A DNA stretch of 64,000 bases, taken from contig JAXLNO010005688.1 of assembly GCA_038087875.1 (NCBI GenBank), positions 124,001 to 188,000 of the forward strand, given 5' to 3'. Under the pieces are notes generated by a model. That model saw nothing but the letters and a program-made list of their open reading frames with translations, was not told the DNA's origin and searched no databases. The translations under genes were made by a program, and so were the position numbers. Positions 63,771 through 64,000 of this stretch are shown in pieces. Numbering within the stretch: the stretch's first letter is position 1; each line of letters opens with the position of its first letter. The DNA comes from Malacoraja senta. Lineage: Eukaryota.

Positions 63771-64000
63771 TCGAGATACCATGTTGCTGTTGGTAGACTA
63801 TCTCAGCATTTCCTCTGACAATCCCATGAAAACCTGCAACTGTGATGGCCATTGAATCCCAGTGATCATGCGGGAAAGACTGGGCCATCCATCGCTGTCT
63901 GGGAACAGCCCGCTCTAGTGTGCTGTCAAAATATGCTATCTGGAGGTCATCCAGCATTGGTACCATACTGTACTCAGGCAGCTCACTCAATCCATGGTTC
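63771..64000 (-). CDS. MHC class I-like gene A, alpha1 exon (5' part outside window)
   Basis: Translation ..NHGLSELPEYSMVPMLDDLQIAYFDSTLERAVPRQRWMAQSFPHDHWDS..GIS matches the class I alpha1 pattern (LPEF..V..LDD.QI.Y.DS..RAVPR..WM...W). Ends at a phase-1 donor A|GTAAGT at 63770. Confidence 0.92.

Overview
Eukaryotic, repeat-rich genomic DNA. The V-SINE/HE1-like SINEs, CR1, Penelope and DIRS content and the shark-type class I exons point to a cartilaginous fish, probably a skate or ray; this species assignment is inference. The minus strand holds two tandem, highly diverged MHC class I-like genes. Gene A has alpha1 (>64000-63771, cut by the window edge), alpha2 (62026-61745), alpha3 (55781-55509) and a TM/cytoplasmic exon (50129-49897). 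It is open throughout, lacks most classical peptide-anchoring residues, is Cys-rich, and ends its tail inside a CR1 fragment. Gene B has alpha2 with one in-frame TAA (26666-26391), an intact alpha3 (16913-16647) and an intact TM exon (14012-13905); I found no alpha1 or leader exon for it. An unidentified plus-strand coiled-coil gene (exons near 6.2, 8.6 and possibly 11.3 kb) converges on gene B. The rest is mostly transposable elements: two full-length but decayed DIRS1-type tyrosine-recombinase retrotransposons plus the 5' end of a third, hAT elements, a THAP-bearing fold-back element, nested TA-flanked MITEs, CR1/L1/RTE/Rex1 LINE fragments, Penelope fragments with hammerhead-like motifs, and many V-SINEs. 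There are three N gaps. Exons were found by manual translation and GT-AG inspection; no database searches were run.
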